DNA from: a virus
Taxonomy: Duplodnaviria > Caudoviricetes
Virus record (IMG/VR): IMGVR_UViG_3300031949_000044
Coordinates: 1-56,859 of that record
Direction: 5' to 3' (one strand)
Length of the DNA stretch: 56,859 nucleotides
Shown: one piece after another, positions 24,298 through 34,235 of the stretch
How the letters are laid out: every line of letters starts with the position of its first letter
Numbering within the stretch: position 1 is the first letter of the stretch
Position numbers and translations under genes: made by a program
Notes under the pieces: model-generated
The model's input: only the letters and a program-made list of their open reading frames with translations
Told to the model about the DNA's origin: nothing
Database searches by the model: none

Positions 24298-26205
24298 ATG
24301 GCCTGGGGCAACAAGGACAAGAACAACGAGCCGGAGAACCTGCCGGCCAAGCCTCGGAACCTGATCGCCTCAGCGGCCCGGATCAAGCTGGACGACCGGT
24401 CCTGGAACACGTACCGGTTCAAGGACGAGGCATGGCAACGAGAACTGTGGCGCCTCTACGACATCGTCCCGGAGTTCCGGTTCTCGGCCAACTGGGTCGG
24501 GAGTGCCTGCTCCAGGGTCCGGATCTATGTGGCCAAGGTCGACAAACTCGGACGGCGCCAGGAGGAGATCGAAGGTCCAGCACCAATCGCCGCACTGTCC
24601 GAGACCCTGTTCGGTGGCCCTACGGCCAAGGCTGAGGCCCTCCGCGCCCTGGGTATCAATCTCACCGTGGCTGGCGAGGCATACATTCTCGGACTTGGCG
24701 GCAATGCGGGGAAAGGTGACTGGTTCGTCGTCTCGCCCTCCGAGCTACGACGCGTGGTCCGTGGTGACGGTACCCGGGAAGTGTTGTACGGCGAGCGTGG
24801 ATCTCAACGGCCACTGGTCGACAGTCGGGACGTCCTGATCCGGACCTGGACTCCTCACCCGCGCTACATGCAGAAGGCTGATTCTCCAGGCCGCTCGGTA
24901 CAGCCGGTACTGCGTGAAATCGAACAACTCACGAAGTATGTGTTCTCGCAGATCGATAGCAGGCTGGTGTCGGCGGGGATCCTGCCCATCCCCAATAACA
25001 TGGACTTCCCGACCGATGGTGATGAGGACGCGTCAGCTTCCCAAACGATCATGGCCAAGCTGGCTGAGGCTGGCTCCGCGTCACTAAAGGGTGAAGGTAC
25101 GGCCGCTGGTGTACTGCCGCTGATTATCGAGGTCCCGATTGAGGCTCTGGATAAGATCAAGCTGGTCACTTTCGACTCGACCCTGAGTGAGCAGGCCAAC
25201 GAACTTCGGCAGGAGGCTATTCGGCGCCTGAGCCTGGGCATGGATATGCCGCCGGAAGTTCTCACCGGCATGGGCGAATCAAATCACTGGTCCGCGTGGC
25301 ATGTTGAAGAGTCAGCGGTCAAGATTCACATCGAACCAATCATGGGTCGGATCTGTGACGCGCTCACCAAGGGTTACCTGGCACCCGCGCTCAAGGCCCT
25401 GGGCAAGGATGCTGAAAGCTACTGCTACTGGTTCGACACCAGTCCGCTCACCGTCCGGCCGCAGCGCCTCCAGGACACCCTGAACCTGTTCGAGAAGGGC
25501 ATCGTGGGAGCCCAGGCCGTCCTCGCCGCTGGCGCCTACCTGGACTCGGACGGAATCACCGAAGAGGATGACGTTCGCCGGTTCACCCGCGAGCTGGTCC
25601 TGCGTGACCCGACCCTGATCATGGTCACCGAGATCCGGGAGATCATCGGTCTTCCCGACTTTGAGCCTCCAGCCATTCAGCCAGGCGCCCCTCCTCCTCC
25701 CAGTCCCGCAACTGGAATTCAGACCACGGGACCTGATCCGCTGCCGAACGCGGCTGGCTCGACAGCGACAAACGCTCTTGGTGGACCAGGCGGCGGATCG
25801 GGTCAGAGTTCCGGTAACTCAGTGACCGCTTCAGCTCAGGTGAGTCATACACGTGATCAGGTCCTCATGATGGGTGCCGAGTCCATTGTGTGGCGCGCCC
25901 TGGAGCGTGCCGGCACCAGGCTACTCGACCGTGGATCCCAGCGCGGCCAGTTCCCCGGCGTGCCGGCCTATGAGCTGCACACCAAGATGAGCGCCAAGAG
26001 CTTGGACCAGATCCAGGCCCTCCTTGAAGGTGCCTGGGTCCAGGTGCCGGTGACAGCGGCCCGGATCGGTGACCTGGATTCCAGCGCTCTCCAGGACGCG
26101 CTGTCCAAGTACTGCACCCTGCTTCTGATGACCAGTACCCCGCATCACGTGGAACGGCTCCGGATGTTCCTCGGCTCGGAGGGGCTGATCCATGCCTCTT
26201 CTTAG
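24298..26205 (+). CDS. Portal protein
   Basis: Follows the terminase; WQRELWRLYDIVPE and MPPEVLTGMGESNHWSAW motifs typical of actinophage portals. Confidence 0.85.
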   Translation: MAWGNKDKNNEPENLPAKPRNLIASAARIKLDDRSWNTYRFKDEAWQRELWRLYDIVPEFRFSANWVGSACSRVRIYVAKVDKLGRRQEEIEGPAPIAALSETLFGGPTAKAEALRALGINLTVAGEAYILGLGGNAGKGDWFVVSPSELRRVVRGDGTREVLYGERGSQRPLVDSRDVLIRTWTPHPRYMQKADSPGRSVQPVLREIEQLTKYVFSQIDSRLVSAGILPIPNNMDFPTDGDEDASASQTIMAKLAEAGSASLKGEGTAAGVLPLIIEVPIEALDKIKLVTFDSTLSEQANELRQEAIRRLSLGMDMPPEVLTGMGESNHWSAWHVEESAVKIHIEPIMGRICDALTKGYLAPALKALGKDAESYCYWFDTSPLTVRPQRLQDTLNLFEKGIVGAQAVLAAGAYLDSDGITEEDDVRRFTRELVLRDPTLIMVTEIREIIGLPDFEPPAIQPGAPPPPSPATGIQTTGPDPLPNAAGSTATNALGGPGGGSGQSSGNSVTASAQVSHTRDQVLMMGAESIVWRALERAGTRLLDRGSQRGQFPGVPAYELHTKMSAKSLDQIQALLEGAWVQVPVTAARIGDLDSSALQDALSKYCTLLLMTSTPHHVERLRMFLGSEGLIHASS

Positions 26206-26926
26206 CTGGGAGCGGCGGATCTTCGGGATCGTGTGGCGTTGGCTCCAGGATCTGATCGACGCTATCCGGGAAACGGTCATGCGGCCCTGGCGCCAGTACC
26301 AGAGCCAGCCGGACCCGGGTGGAGTGTTCATGTCCACAGGGCTGTGGATGACGGCTGTGGATGACATCATCGAGCGCCTGATTCCGGTTTTCAGTGAGGG
26401 CTACGAGCAGACGATCCCGGCCGATGATCGGGAAGACTTCGTCAGTTCCACGGAGGCGTTCGCCAGGACTCAGCTCGCCGAGACCAAGAACCTGCTGGTC
26501 AGAATCCCGGACGAGATCTACCACCTGGTCTTCGCGGAACTCAGCGACGGGATCAATGAGGGTGAGCAACCGAAGGATCTCGCGGCCCGGATCGACAGGC
26601 TCTTGACCACCAGCGGCTCGGAACGGTGGAAAGGTCGCGCTATGACGATCGCCATCACCGAGACGAACCGGGCCTACAACGCTGGTTCCTTTGCTGCCGG
26701 ACTCCGAGCGCAGCAACTGGAACGGACCACACTGTACAAGGAATGGTTGTCCAGCAGGGATGAGCGGGTGCGACCCGAGCACGAGGCGGCCGATACGCAG
26801 CGGGTACCTGTCAGTCAGCCGTTCATCGTGGGAGGCTTTCCGTTGATGTATCCGGGCGACCCGAACGGACCGCCGCACTTGGTGATCATGTGTCGCTGCG
26901 CACTTGGGATTAGGGACGAAGCATGA
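26192..26926 (+). CDS. MuF-like minor head protein
   Basis: TIAITE..AYN, KEWLSSRDERVRPEH, PGDP...CRC. Confidence 0.9.
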   Translation: MPLLSWERRIFGIVWRWLQDLIDAIRETVMRPWRQYQSQPDPGGVFMSTGLWMTAVDDIIERLIPVFSEGYEQTIPADDREDFVSSTEAFARTQLAETKNLLVRIPDEIYHLVFAELSDGINEGEQPKDLAARIDRLLTTSGSERWKGRAMTIAITETNRAYNAGSFAAGLRAQQLERTTLYKEWLSSRDERVRPEHEAADTQRVPVSQPFIVGGFPLMYPGDPNGPPHLVIMCRCALGIRDEA

Positions 26927-28704
26927 AGACCTGGCGTGGACCACTGGCCAACATCGGGATCCCGAGCGCGGACCGACGGGTCTTCTCCGCTGGCGCCCTG
27001 TCGCATCGGCCGATGCCACTACCGTTGCTGTGGCAGGAGAAGACCGGACAGAGCCACGGTGGCGCGGTCATCGTGGCGCGGATCTTGGTCGGCTTCGAGG
27101 AGGATCACCAGTTCTCCGCCGGTGGCGACTGGCTGCCAGTGGACAAGTTCTCGTACGTGGAACAGGCCCAGGAACTGGTTCGGCTGGGTGTCGTCGGTCC
27201 GAGCGTGGACCTGGAACCGGACTTCACCGTGTCCGTGGACACCAGCAACCCCGAGTCACCGTTCCTGAACTTCACCAAGGCCACCATCATGGGCGCCACC
27301 CTGGTACCGATGGCCGCGTTCGGGGCACCACGACTCGTGTTCGAGGAGAGCGAGGACACCAGAGTCCCTCTCGCGGCCCTGAGCGATGCCCTCCTGGCCA
27401 GTACCGCGAAGGCGCAGCCGGACATTGTCGAATGGGCCAGTGCCGTGGATCTGTCCGACTACCCGTTCTGGGATCGGGAAGACATCGCCAACTTCGCCGT
27501 CAACGGTTCTTCATGGCGGTCCATGCCGATCGCCGGTCGCGAAGACCAGTTCGACGCTGACGACGCGTACCTGCGGATCAGCAACTGGGCGAATGGGAAC
27601 CGGTCGGCGATGGAGAAGGCGTACCTGTACTCGAATCCTCAGGTCGGAGGCGTGGTCAAGGAAGCCTTCAAGATGCCGCTCGGTGACATCTACAACGGCA
27701 AGATGACCCTGGTCTATCACGCCGTGTACGCGGCAGCCGCACTGCTTGAAGGTGCCCATGGCGGTCTCCCGAACATCTCGGATCAGGAAAAAGCATCCGC
27801 GCGTCGGATCATTACGGACATCTACAAGAAGATGGCCGACCATTACAATGACCCGCAGATCGTCGCGCCGTGGGACCAGGAAGAGAAGTCACGACAGTCA
27901 GCTACGAGGCGGGCCATGACAGCATCCAACGCACCGGTCAAGCCACCGAAGGCGTGGTTCGAGGATCCGAAGTTCACCGGCAAGTCCCGTATCCAGGTCA
28001 CCGAGGATGGTCGGGTCTTCGGACACGCGGCTGCTTGGGATGAATGCCACACCGGCATGGACGGGGTCTGTATCACCGTTCCCAAGACCCGGACCAACTA
28101 CCAGTACTTCACCTTGGGCGAGGTGATCACGCTAGAGGGGGAAACCCTTGACGTCGGAACCGTCACCATGGGCACGGGACATGCCGCTGCTGAATGGGGG
28201 GCCTCTCGGAGCCTGGCTCATTATGACGACACGGGAACTCAGGTCGCCGTGGTCCGAGCGGGCGAAGACAAGTTCGGCATCTGGGTGGCAGGAGCTTTGG
28301 TTCCCGGACTGGCAGACGAACGTGTCGCAGAGCTTCGACGTTCACCGTTGTCTGGAGACTGGCGGCGCCTTCGGGGCAACCTGGAGATGATCCGGGTCTT
28401 GGCCGTCAACTCCCCCGGATTCGCGATCCTGCGCCAGGAGAACGCCCGACCCCTGTCGCTGGTTGCGGCGGGTATCGTGTCACCCATGGACTCCATCGTG
28501 GCCCCTGAGTCGACTCCCCTTGCCGTCGGCGAGGACCCGGAGCCTCAGGATCGGTTTGGCCTTGATGATGTTGCTATGGCGGCAGCTCGGATGGTGGAGT
28601 CCCGTCAGGATCGGCGCGAGCGACTGGAGATCCTCCTTGCCACACAGCAGATGGAGCGAGGTTCGCGCCTCGATGCTCTCCAGAAAATCGAGGCCACAGC
28701 ATGA
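26923..28704 (+). CDS. Capsid maturation protease-like protein
   Basis: Located between MuF and capsid genes; GRVFGHAAAW...HYD...GIWVAG...LSGDWR motifs. Confidence 0.7.
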   Translation: MKTWRGPLANIGIPSADRRVFSAGALSHRPMPLPLLWQEKTGQSHGGAVIVARILVGFEEDHQFSAGGDWLPVDKFSYVEQAQELVRLGVVGPSVDLEPDFTVSVDTSNPESPFLNFTKATIMGATLVPMAAFGAPRLVFEESEDTRVPLAALSDALLASTAKAQPDIVEWASAVDLSDYPFWDREDIANFAVNGSSWRSMPIAGREDQFDADDAYLRISNWANGNRSAMEKAYLYSNPQVGGVVKEAFKMPLGDIYNGKMTLVYHAVYAAAALLEGAHGGLPNISDQEKASARRIITDIYKKMADHYNDPQIVAPWDQEEKSRQSATRRAMTASNAPVKPPKAWFEDPKFTGKSRIQVTEDGRVFGHAAAWDECHTGMDGVCITVPKTRTNYQYFTLGEVITLEGETLDVGTVTMGTGHAAAEWGASRSLAHYDDTGTQVAVVRAGEDKFGIWVAGALVPGLADERVAELRRSPLSGDWRRLRGNLEMIRVLAVNSPGFAILRQENARPLSLVAAGIVSPMDSIVAPESTPLAVGEDPEPQDRFGLDDVAMAAARMVESRQDRRERLEILLATQQMERGSRLDALQKIEATA

Positions 28705-28868
28705 AGTGGATCAAGAGCAGCCGAAGCGCGGACACGGCCAACTGCGTGGAGATAGCCTGGGTACAGGAACAGGTCCTGCTCCGGGACTCGAAGGATCCGG
28801 AGGGTCCGATGCTGATCTTCGAAATCAAGGACTGGGTCCAGTTCCTGGACATCTTCAAAGACGAGTGA
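28701..28868 (+). CDS. DUF397 domain protein
   Basis: WIKSSRS...NCVEIA...LRDSKDP..PMLIF...W..FL. Confidence 0.85.
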   Translation: MKWIKSSRSADTANCVEIAWVQEQVLLRDSKDPEGPMLIFEIKDWVQFLDIFKDE

Positions 28869-29269
28869 CCGAACACATCTACCTGTCCACCGGTTGCTGG
28901 CACGGAAAGCACGACTACTGCGACAGCATGACCGGACAACAGGGCGAGAAACGCCCAGCGACGTGTAAGTTCTGCCCAGCGAAATGCATCTGTTTCTGTC
29001 ATAGAGAATGGGTCGTGGATCGAACGAGCAGCCTAATCGATCTTTCCGACGTCCCCTACATCGAGACCAACCAGTACACGTCCCTCTTCAAGGAGTCTTG
29101 TGGCACGCCATCCAAGTACCGAGAACCTGCTCCACTGGCTGGAGCCGAATCCGAACCTGCCAGAGGATCTAATTTGGGTTCCTCGGACGGTGCAGATCCT
29201 GGCCAAGGGGATGGTGGAACAGCTCCCGGACTCCCCGGAACTCGCCGCTGGTCTCCGGAAGTTGCTTGA
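28865..29269 (+). CDS. Cys/His-rich hypothetical protein (3' end uncertain)
   Basis: GTGA-coupled start; YLSTGCWHGKHDYC...CKFCPAKCICFCH; overlaps the next gene. Confidence 0.4.
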   Translation: MTEHIYLSTGCWHGKHDYCDSMTGQQGEKRPATCKFCPAKCICFCHREWVVDRTSSLIDLSDVPYIETNQYTSLFKESCGTPSKYREPAPLAGAESEPARGSNLGSSDGADPGQGDGGTAPGLPGTRRWSPEVA

Positions 29270-29330
29270 GGCGAAGGACTGTTTCGTCCGGGCGACCCTG
29301 GACGCGCAGCGATCTGGCAAGGAGGAGTGA
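29100..29330 (+). CDS. Small helical-hairpin phage protein
   Basis: AAGGAG RBS; PELAAGLRKLLEAKDCFVRA motif. Confidence 0.75.
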   Translation: MARHPSTENLLHWLEPNPNLPEDLIWVPRTVQILAKGMVEQLPDSPELAAGLRKLLEAKDCFVRATLDAQRSGKEE

Positions 29331-29331
29331 C

Positions 29332-29484
29332 ATGGCCTGCGCTTGCGGTAAGGGTGCCGGGAACTCTCAGGTCGCTCATCTGGTAACCCTGAAAGATGGC
29401 ACTACCAAAACCGTGGAGTCAGAGTTCGCGGCCCGTGTGCTGGTGGCCAAATCCGGTGGCGGTACCTACAAGAAGGTCGCGTAG
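29332..29484 (+). CDS. Small MACAC-type actinophage protein
   Basis: GGAGGAG RBS; MACACGK N-terminus. Confidence 0.65.
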   Translation: MACACGKGAGNSQVAHLVTLKDGTTKTVESEFAARVLVAKSGGGTYKKVA

Positions 29485-29487
29485 GCC

Positions 29488-29682
29488 ATGAAGTTGGCGA
29501 TCACCATCGCACAGTTCGATGGGTTCAAGTACGTCACGCTGGACGCTGAGCAAATCACCTTCCAGCACTCAGAAAAAGTGTCCTGGATCCGGCTCTGGTC
29601 TGGAGATGTGGTGACGGCGGTCCATACCTATTCGGGCGTGGTCAGTATGGTCCTCGATACCGAGGGTGCCGGTGAACGATAG
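29488..29682 (+). CDS. Hypothetical protein
   Basis: 64-aa ORF within the operon. Confidence 0.5.
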   Translation: MKLAITIAQFDGFKYVTLDAEQITFQHSEKVSWIRLWSGDVVTAVHTYSGVVSMVLDTEGAGER

Positions 29683-29802
29683 GTTCGTTGGCACGAACTG
29701 AATCAATCGTGCATACTGCTCAGTAAGACAGCGATGTCCGTGCAGTGAGCCGGTCGCGTGGAAGTCACCCATTCGGTGTACCCGCGAAAGGCCCACACAG
29801 AC

Positions 29803-31491
29803 ATGTTCATCATCCCGACCGACCTGAGCCTGTTCTCGGTCTCTGGCCTGGAGTCCCTGCGCATCCAGGCCGTGACGGAGTACAACACTCTCCTGGCCAG
29901 CGTCACCCACGACAACGTGACCGATGAACAGCTTGAGCGCCTTGAGGCCCTGAAGACGTTCAACGTCTCGGCGACCGCGCAACTGGCCGCGATGACCAAG
30001 CCAGTCGATGACGCCGGTCAGAAGGACCGCGCGGACAAGCTCGCAAGCTTCGACACCGCCGTTCTGGAACCGCTGGTCGTTGAGCCAGTGGTCGAGCCTG
30101 TGGTCGAAGAGCCGGTCATCACTCCAAGCCTGTCGGACATCGCCGGCCAGAGTGACAAGATCGACGTCCCGGAGACCAAGGACGAGACGCCCAAGTTCGG
30201 CGCCCTGGTCGCAGCGGCCGACACCCTGTTCCCCAGCGGCCAGGAAGTCAACCTGCGTCAGGTCGCGGAGGCGTTCGTCGCTCGTACGGCTGGCTACCGG
30301 GGCATGGGCAAGAATGCCTCCACCCAGCACTCCGTAGCCATGATCAACAGGGACTACCCTGGCGAGTTCACGGTCACGGGCGACGACAGCGACATGGACA
30401 TCCTCCTGGCCGTCGCGAACGAGACCCGGCTCCCGGGTGGCTCGCTGATCAAGAGCGCGGCCCTGAAGCGCAAGGAGATCGAAGCGGCTGGCGGCAACCA
30501 GGGATCCCTGACCGCTGCGGCCGGCTGGTGCGCCCCGTCCGAGACCCTGTACGAGGTTTGTTTCCTGGGCACGACCGAGGGCATGATCAATGTCCCGGAG
30601 GTCCAGGCCCGGCGCGGCGGTATCCGGTACAACCAGGGCATCGCGTTCGACGCCATCTACGGTGACGGTGCGGCGAACTTCTTCAACCTGACCGAGGCTG
30701 AGGTCGCCAGCGGCACGACCAAGACCTGCATCGAGATCACCTGCCCCAGCTTCGTGGACGTTCGGCTGGGCGTCACGGGTATCTGCCTCACCGGCAACAT
30801 CCTGACCCAGCGGGCGTACCCGGAAGCGGTGGAGACCTTCGTCCGCGCCGCGCTCGTGGCACTGGCCCACAAGGTCAACTTCGAGGTCATCCAGGACATG
30901 GTCGCCGGCTCTACCGCCGTGGCCCTGACCGCCGTGGCACCGTGGGTCGATGACGCCTCCGTGGTGTCCCAGGTCCTGTCCGCTGTGGACATGGCCGTCA
31001 TGGACATGCAGTACCGGATGCGGCTGTCGCAGGCTCAGACCCTTGAGATCGTGATGCCGTTCTGGATCCTCGCCCAGATGCGCGCGGACTGGATCCGGCG
31101 CAACGGCGTCCAGGACCTGACCCTTGCCGACGGCGCTATCGCTTCGGCGTTCGCGGCCCGGAACGCTAGCGTCCAGTTTGTATACGACTGGCAGGACGCG
31201 TTCTCCGGTCTGGCTACCGGTCCTGGTGCGGCAACCCCGATCACGGCCATGCCGACCAGCCTGTCCTTCCTGGCCTACCCGGCTGGGACGTGGGTCAAGG
31301 CCGTCAAGGACGTCATCACCATCAACTCGCTCTACGACAGCACCAAGCTCGCCACCAACCAGTACACCGAACTCTTCACCGAGGACGGCTGGGCGATGGC
31401 CAAGCTCTGCGGACTGTCTCGCGTCTACACCATCGGTGTTTGCCCGACTGGTAGCACCGGTATCCAGCGTGAGGTCGGCTGCGCCGCCTGA
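29803..31491 (+). CDS. Major capsid (hexamer-type) protein with N-terminal scaffold-like region
   Basis: LTAAAGWCAPSETLY motif recalled from cluster-B-like actinophages; strong codon bias; followed by a hairpin. Confidence 0.85.
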   Translation: MFIIPTDLSLFSVSGLESLRIQAVTEYNTLLASVTHDNVTDEQLERLEALKTFNVSATAQLAAMTKPVDDAGQKDRADKLASFDTAVLEPLVVEPVVEPVVEEPVITPSLSDIAGQSDKIDVPETKDETPKFGALVAAADTLFPSGQEVNLRQVAEAFVARTAGYRGMGKNASTQHSVAMINRDYPGEFTVTGDDSDMDILLAVANETRLPGGSLIKSAALKRKEIEAAGGNQGSLTAAAGWCAPSETLYEVCFLGTTEGMINVPEVQARRGGIRYNQGIAFDAIYGDGAANFFNLTEAEVASGTTKTCIEITCPSFVDVRLGVTGICLTGNILTQRAYPEAVETFVRAALVALAHKVNFEVIQDMVAGSTAVALTAVAPWVDDASVVSQVLSAVDMAVMDMQYRMRLSQAQTLEIVMPFWILAQMRADWIRRNGVQDLTLADGAIASAFAARNASVQFVYDWQDAFSGLATGPGAATPITAMPTSLSFLAYPAGTWVKAVKDVITINSLYDSTKLATNQYTELFTEDGWAMAKLCGLSRVYTIGVCPTGSTGIQREVGCAA

Positions 31492-31493
31492 TC

Positions 31494-31530
31494 CTGAGTC
31501 GGGGGGCTGGGAAACTGGCCCCCCATCAGG
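31494..31530 (+). terminator. Hairpin after the major capsid gene
   Basis: cctga...ggggggctg-ggaaa-ctggccccc...tcagg. Confidence 0.55.
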
Positions 31531-31562
31531 CTTCCTGATCACTATCCATAAAGGACAAGCAG

Positions 31563-31856
31563 ATGGCAGCAGAGATTCGCACGATCGCCACCTCGGGTGA
31601 CACCGTGGTACGGGCAGCTCCGGGCACCGTGTACGGGTACGCCTACCGGAACACGACAGCTCAGACCGACAATGTCATCACCGTGTACGACGCTGTCACG
31701 GCGGCGGGTACCAAGATCCTGTTCTCCCGGACCCTTGGGAATGCGGAGAACACCGGCCTGGTCCTGTTCCCCCAGGGCATCCGGTTCACGGTCGGTGTGT
31801 CGGTGGGTATCGCTGGGACGACGCCGAACACTGTCGGCCAGATTCTGGTGGACTGA
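31563..31856 (+). CDS. Small virion protein (paralog of the next gene)
   Basis: P.TVYGY..N...TV.D.....G.KIL.....TGLVLFP shared with 31860-32177. Confidence 0.7.
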   Translation: MAAEIRTIATSGDTVVRAAPGTVYGYAYRNTTAQTDNVITVYDAVTAAGTKILFSRTLGNAENTGLVLFPQGIRFTVGVSVGIAGTTPNTVGQILVD

Positions 31857-31859
31857 TCT

Positions 31860-32177
31860 ATGTCAGCTATCTACCCGCCGAGCAACGCGAGTATGCGGAC
31901 CATCCCGGTGGCAGCGGCCACAACTGTGCTCCTGGCCCGTCCGGCCACCGTGTACGGGTACTATCTGACGAACTCAGCAGCCGGTACCGCCGTTACCCTG
32001 ACCGTCTTCGACAACACCACGGCGGTTGGCGCGAAGATCCTGGCTCGGATCGACGTGGCCGCGACCGGTGCGACGACCGGCCTGGTGCTGTTCCCGAATC
32101 CGATCCAACTGACCGTTGGCCTTTCGGTGATCCTGACCGGTGGCAACTTGTCATACGGCTGGATCCTGGCCGACTAA
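31860..32177 (+). CDS. Small virion protein (paralog of the previous gene)
   Basis: Same motif pattern as 31563-31856. Confidence 0.7.
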   Translation: MSAIYPPSNASMRTIPVAAATTVLLARPATVYGYYLTNSAAGTAVTLTVFDNTTAVGAKILARIDVAATGATTGLVLFPNPIQLTVGLSVILTGGNLSYGWILAD

Positions 32178-32202
32178 TCACTGACAAAGGAAGGAGCGGG
32201 CC

Positions 32203-33024
32203 ATGGCGGTAGTCGCCAACTCACGGGTGTACATCAACGCACCCACTAGCACGCTGCCCCGCTATGGCCTGTTCTCCGTCGCCACCGGACCTCTTCCCAT
32301 CCCGGATATCCATGCTGAGGGTGGTGGCCTGGAGTGGCAGACGGGGCTCTGTGCCCTGCCATACGGGTACGCGATCAACTGCGAGGACATCACCCCGGTA
32401 GCCAAGACCTACCTGGCCGGTCCAACGACAGTCAACGCTGACCCGTTCGTTCTAGTGTCCTCGCTGGAATGCGGCTCGGTCGGCATGGACGAGGCCACCA
32501 TGCGCCGGATTCTCACCGAGCGGATGAACGCTGGCGCGCAGGCCGCGATCGAGGACATCTTCTCCCGGGAGCTGTTCGGCCAGCAGCCCGGACTCGCGAC
32601 CGCGACCGGTGTGGCCACCCTGACCGCCGCGACCAACGTGGCCAACGGCATCGGCGCCCTGGAATCCTGGCTGTACGCCCGGTACGGTCCGGCTGGTGTC
32701 ATCCACATCCCGGCTACCTACGCGTTCCAGGTCCAGTCCGGTGGCGGTCTTCGCTGGGACGGACGCAAGTGGCTCACCCCACTGGGCACATCGGTGTCGT
32801 TCGGCAACTATGCCGGGACCACGCCACTGGACGCGGCTCCGGCGGCCGGTCACACCACGTTCTACATCACCGGCCAGGTGACCGTCTGGCAGTCGCCGAC
32901 CGACCAGATGCCGTCCCTGGCCGAGGCACTCAACCGGTCCACAAACCAGGTCGACGCGATCGCGGAACGGGTGTACCTGCTCGGCTATGACTGCTTCGTC
33001 GCTGGCGTGGACGTGACGCTCTGA
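32203..33024 (+). CDS. Second (pentamer-type) capsid protein
   Basis: RYGLFSVA start, about 270 aa, positioned between the capsid and major tail genes as in cluster-B-like phages. Confidence 0.65.
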   Translation: MAVVANSRVYINAPTSTLPRYGLFSVATGPLPIPDIHAEGGGLEWQTGLCALPYGYAINCEDITPVAKTYLAGPTTVNADPFVLVSSLECGSVGMDEATMRRILTERMNAGAQAAIEDIFSRELFGQQPGLATATGVATLTAATNVANGIGALESWLYARYGPAGVIHIPATYAFQVQSGGGLRWDGRKWLTPLGTSVSFGNYAGTTPLDAAPAAGHTTFYITGQVTVWQSPTDQMPSLAEALNRSTNQVDAIAERVYLLGYDCFVAGVDVTL

Positions 33025-33296
33025 TGGCCATCATCAGCCCGGGACTGGGCGAGTTCGAGGAAGTGGGCAAGCAGCTCTTCGCCCTGGCCACGGATCGCAC
33101 GGAACGCCGGTCCGTTCTCCTGGTTCAGGAAGGTCCGGCCGGTACCTCCTACGAGGTTCCCGATGACCTGCATGACCGGTGGCTCGAAGAGTTCGGCCCG
33201 AAGCGACAGCCGACGATCCCAACTTCCAGCGAGCCAGCCACCCTCCGTCGCCGTCCAGGCCGTCCACCCCGTAACCCGCTACCCGAGCAGGAGTAA
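33024..33296 (+). CDS. Hypothetical virion-operon protein
   Basis: Translationally coupled 90-aa ORF. Confidence 0.6.
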   Translation: MAIISPGLGEFEEVGKQLFALATDRTERRSVLLVQEGPAGTSYEVPDDLHDRWLEEFGPKRQPTIPTSSEPATLRRRPGRPPRNPLPEQE

Positions 33297-33298
33297 CA

Positions 33299-34225
33299 GT
33301 GCCATCGGTTTGCGTTACCCCGTTTAAGATCCCTCGGGTCCGGGCGACTCTGCTGGATGCCTGCGGCGTGCCGGTTGAGGGCATCTGTTCCTCAGTCTCC
33401 ACCAAGGGCATCATCACGGTGGAGATGACGAAGGAGCTCCAAGAACGGAATGACTTCTTCGCCGAGAACGGTGACGGCGAGTTCTGTGTCCGGGTGACCG
33501 ACCCACCGAAGCTGAAGTGGATCAACCTCACGTTGACCTTCTGCAACGTGGACCCGGAACTCGTCAACATCATGACCGCAGAGCCGCTTGTCATGAGCGA
33601 CGCCACCGTCCCGGCGGCCATCGGAAACCGGACCCGGGAAGGTTCCGTGGCCCTGGCGAACTTCGCCCTGGAGGGCTGGACCCGGGTGGCTGGGACCAAT
33701 GCCTGCGAAGGTTCCCAGGTCGCGTATCTCTACAACCTATGGCCCTGGATCGTAGAGGGTATGGTCGGTGACCGAACCTACGAGAACGGTTCGGCGACCT
33801 TCACCGTGACCGGTCGTACCTCAGCAAACAGCGGCTGGGGGTCCGGGCCGTACTACGTGTACAGCTCGGAGTTGCCTGCCACCCTGGGCGACCCGGAGTT
33901 CCTGCCGGACGGCCCGATCACTGATGACGATCACCACATGTGGTTCCGGACGTTCATGGCCCCACCGGACGACGCTTGTGGCTGCACGGCCATTCCGCTG
34001 GTCTTGGCAACTCCCGGCGAGTTGGGACTTGAGGTCACGGTGACCTTCCCGGCCGGCTCTGCGGTCACCAACCCAGTGACCATCAACTGGGGTGACGCGA
34101 CCATCGTGGACTATGCCACCGGCACCACGGCTGTGCACACGTACGTGGGCGCCGGCACCTACCTGATCACGCTGATTCCGCGTAACAAGTCCTCGCAGGG
34201 TTACGAAGTTTCTGTAACCGTCTGA
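33299..34225 (+). CDS. Major tail protein with C-terminal PKD/Ig-like domain
   Basis: RATLLDACG...NGDGEFC...LTFCNVDPEL; INWGD...HTY...GTY PKD motif. Confidence 0.8.
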   Translation: MPSVCVTPFKIPRVRATLLDACGVPVEGICSSVSTKGIITVEMTKELQERNDFFAENGDGEFCVRVTDPPKLKWINLTLTFCNVDPELVNIMTAEPLVMSDATVPAAIGNRTREGSVALANFALEGWTRVAGTNACEGSQVAYLYNLWPWIVEGMVGDRTYENGSATFTVTGRTSANSGWGSGPYYVYSSELPATLGDPEFLPDGPITDDDHHMWFRTFMAPPDDACGCTAIPLVLATPGELGLEVTVTFPAGSAVTNPVTINWGDATIVDYATGTTAVHTYVGAGTYLITLIPRNKSSQGYEVSVTV

Positions 34226-34235
34226 TCGGAGTCAC

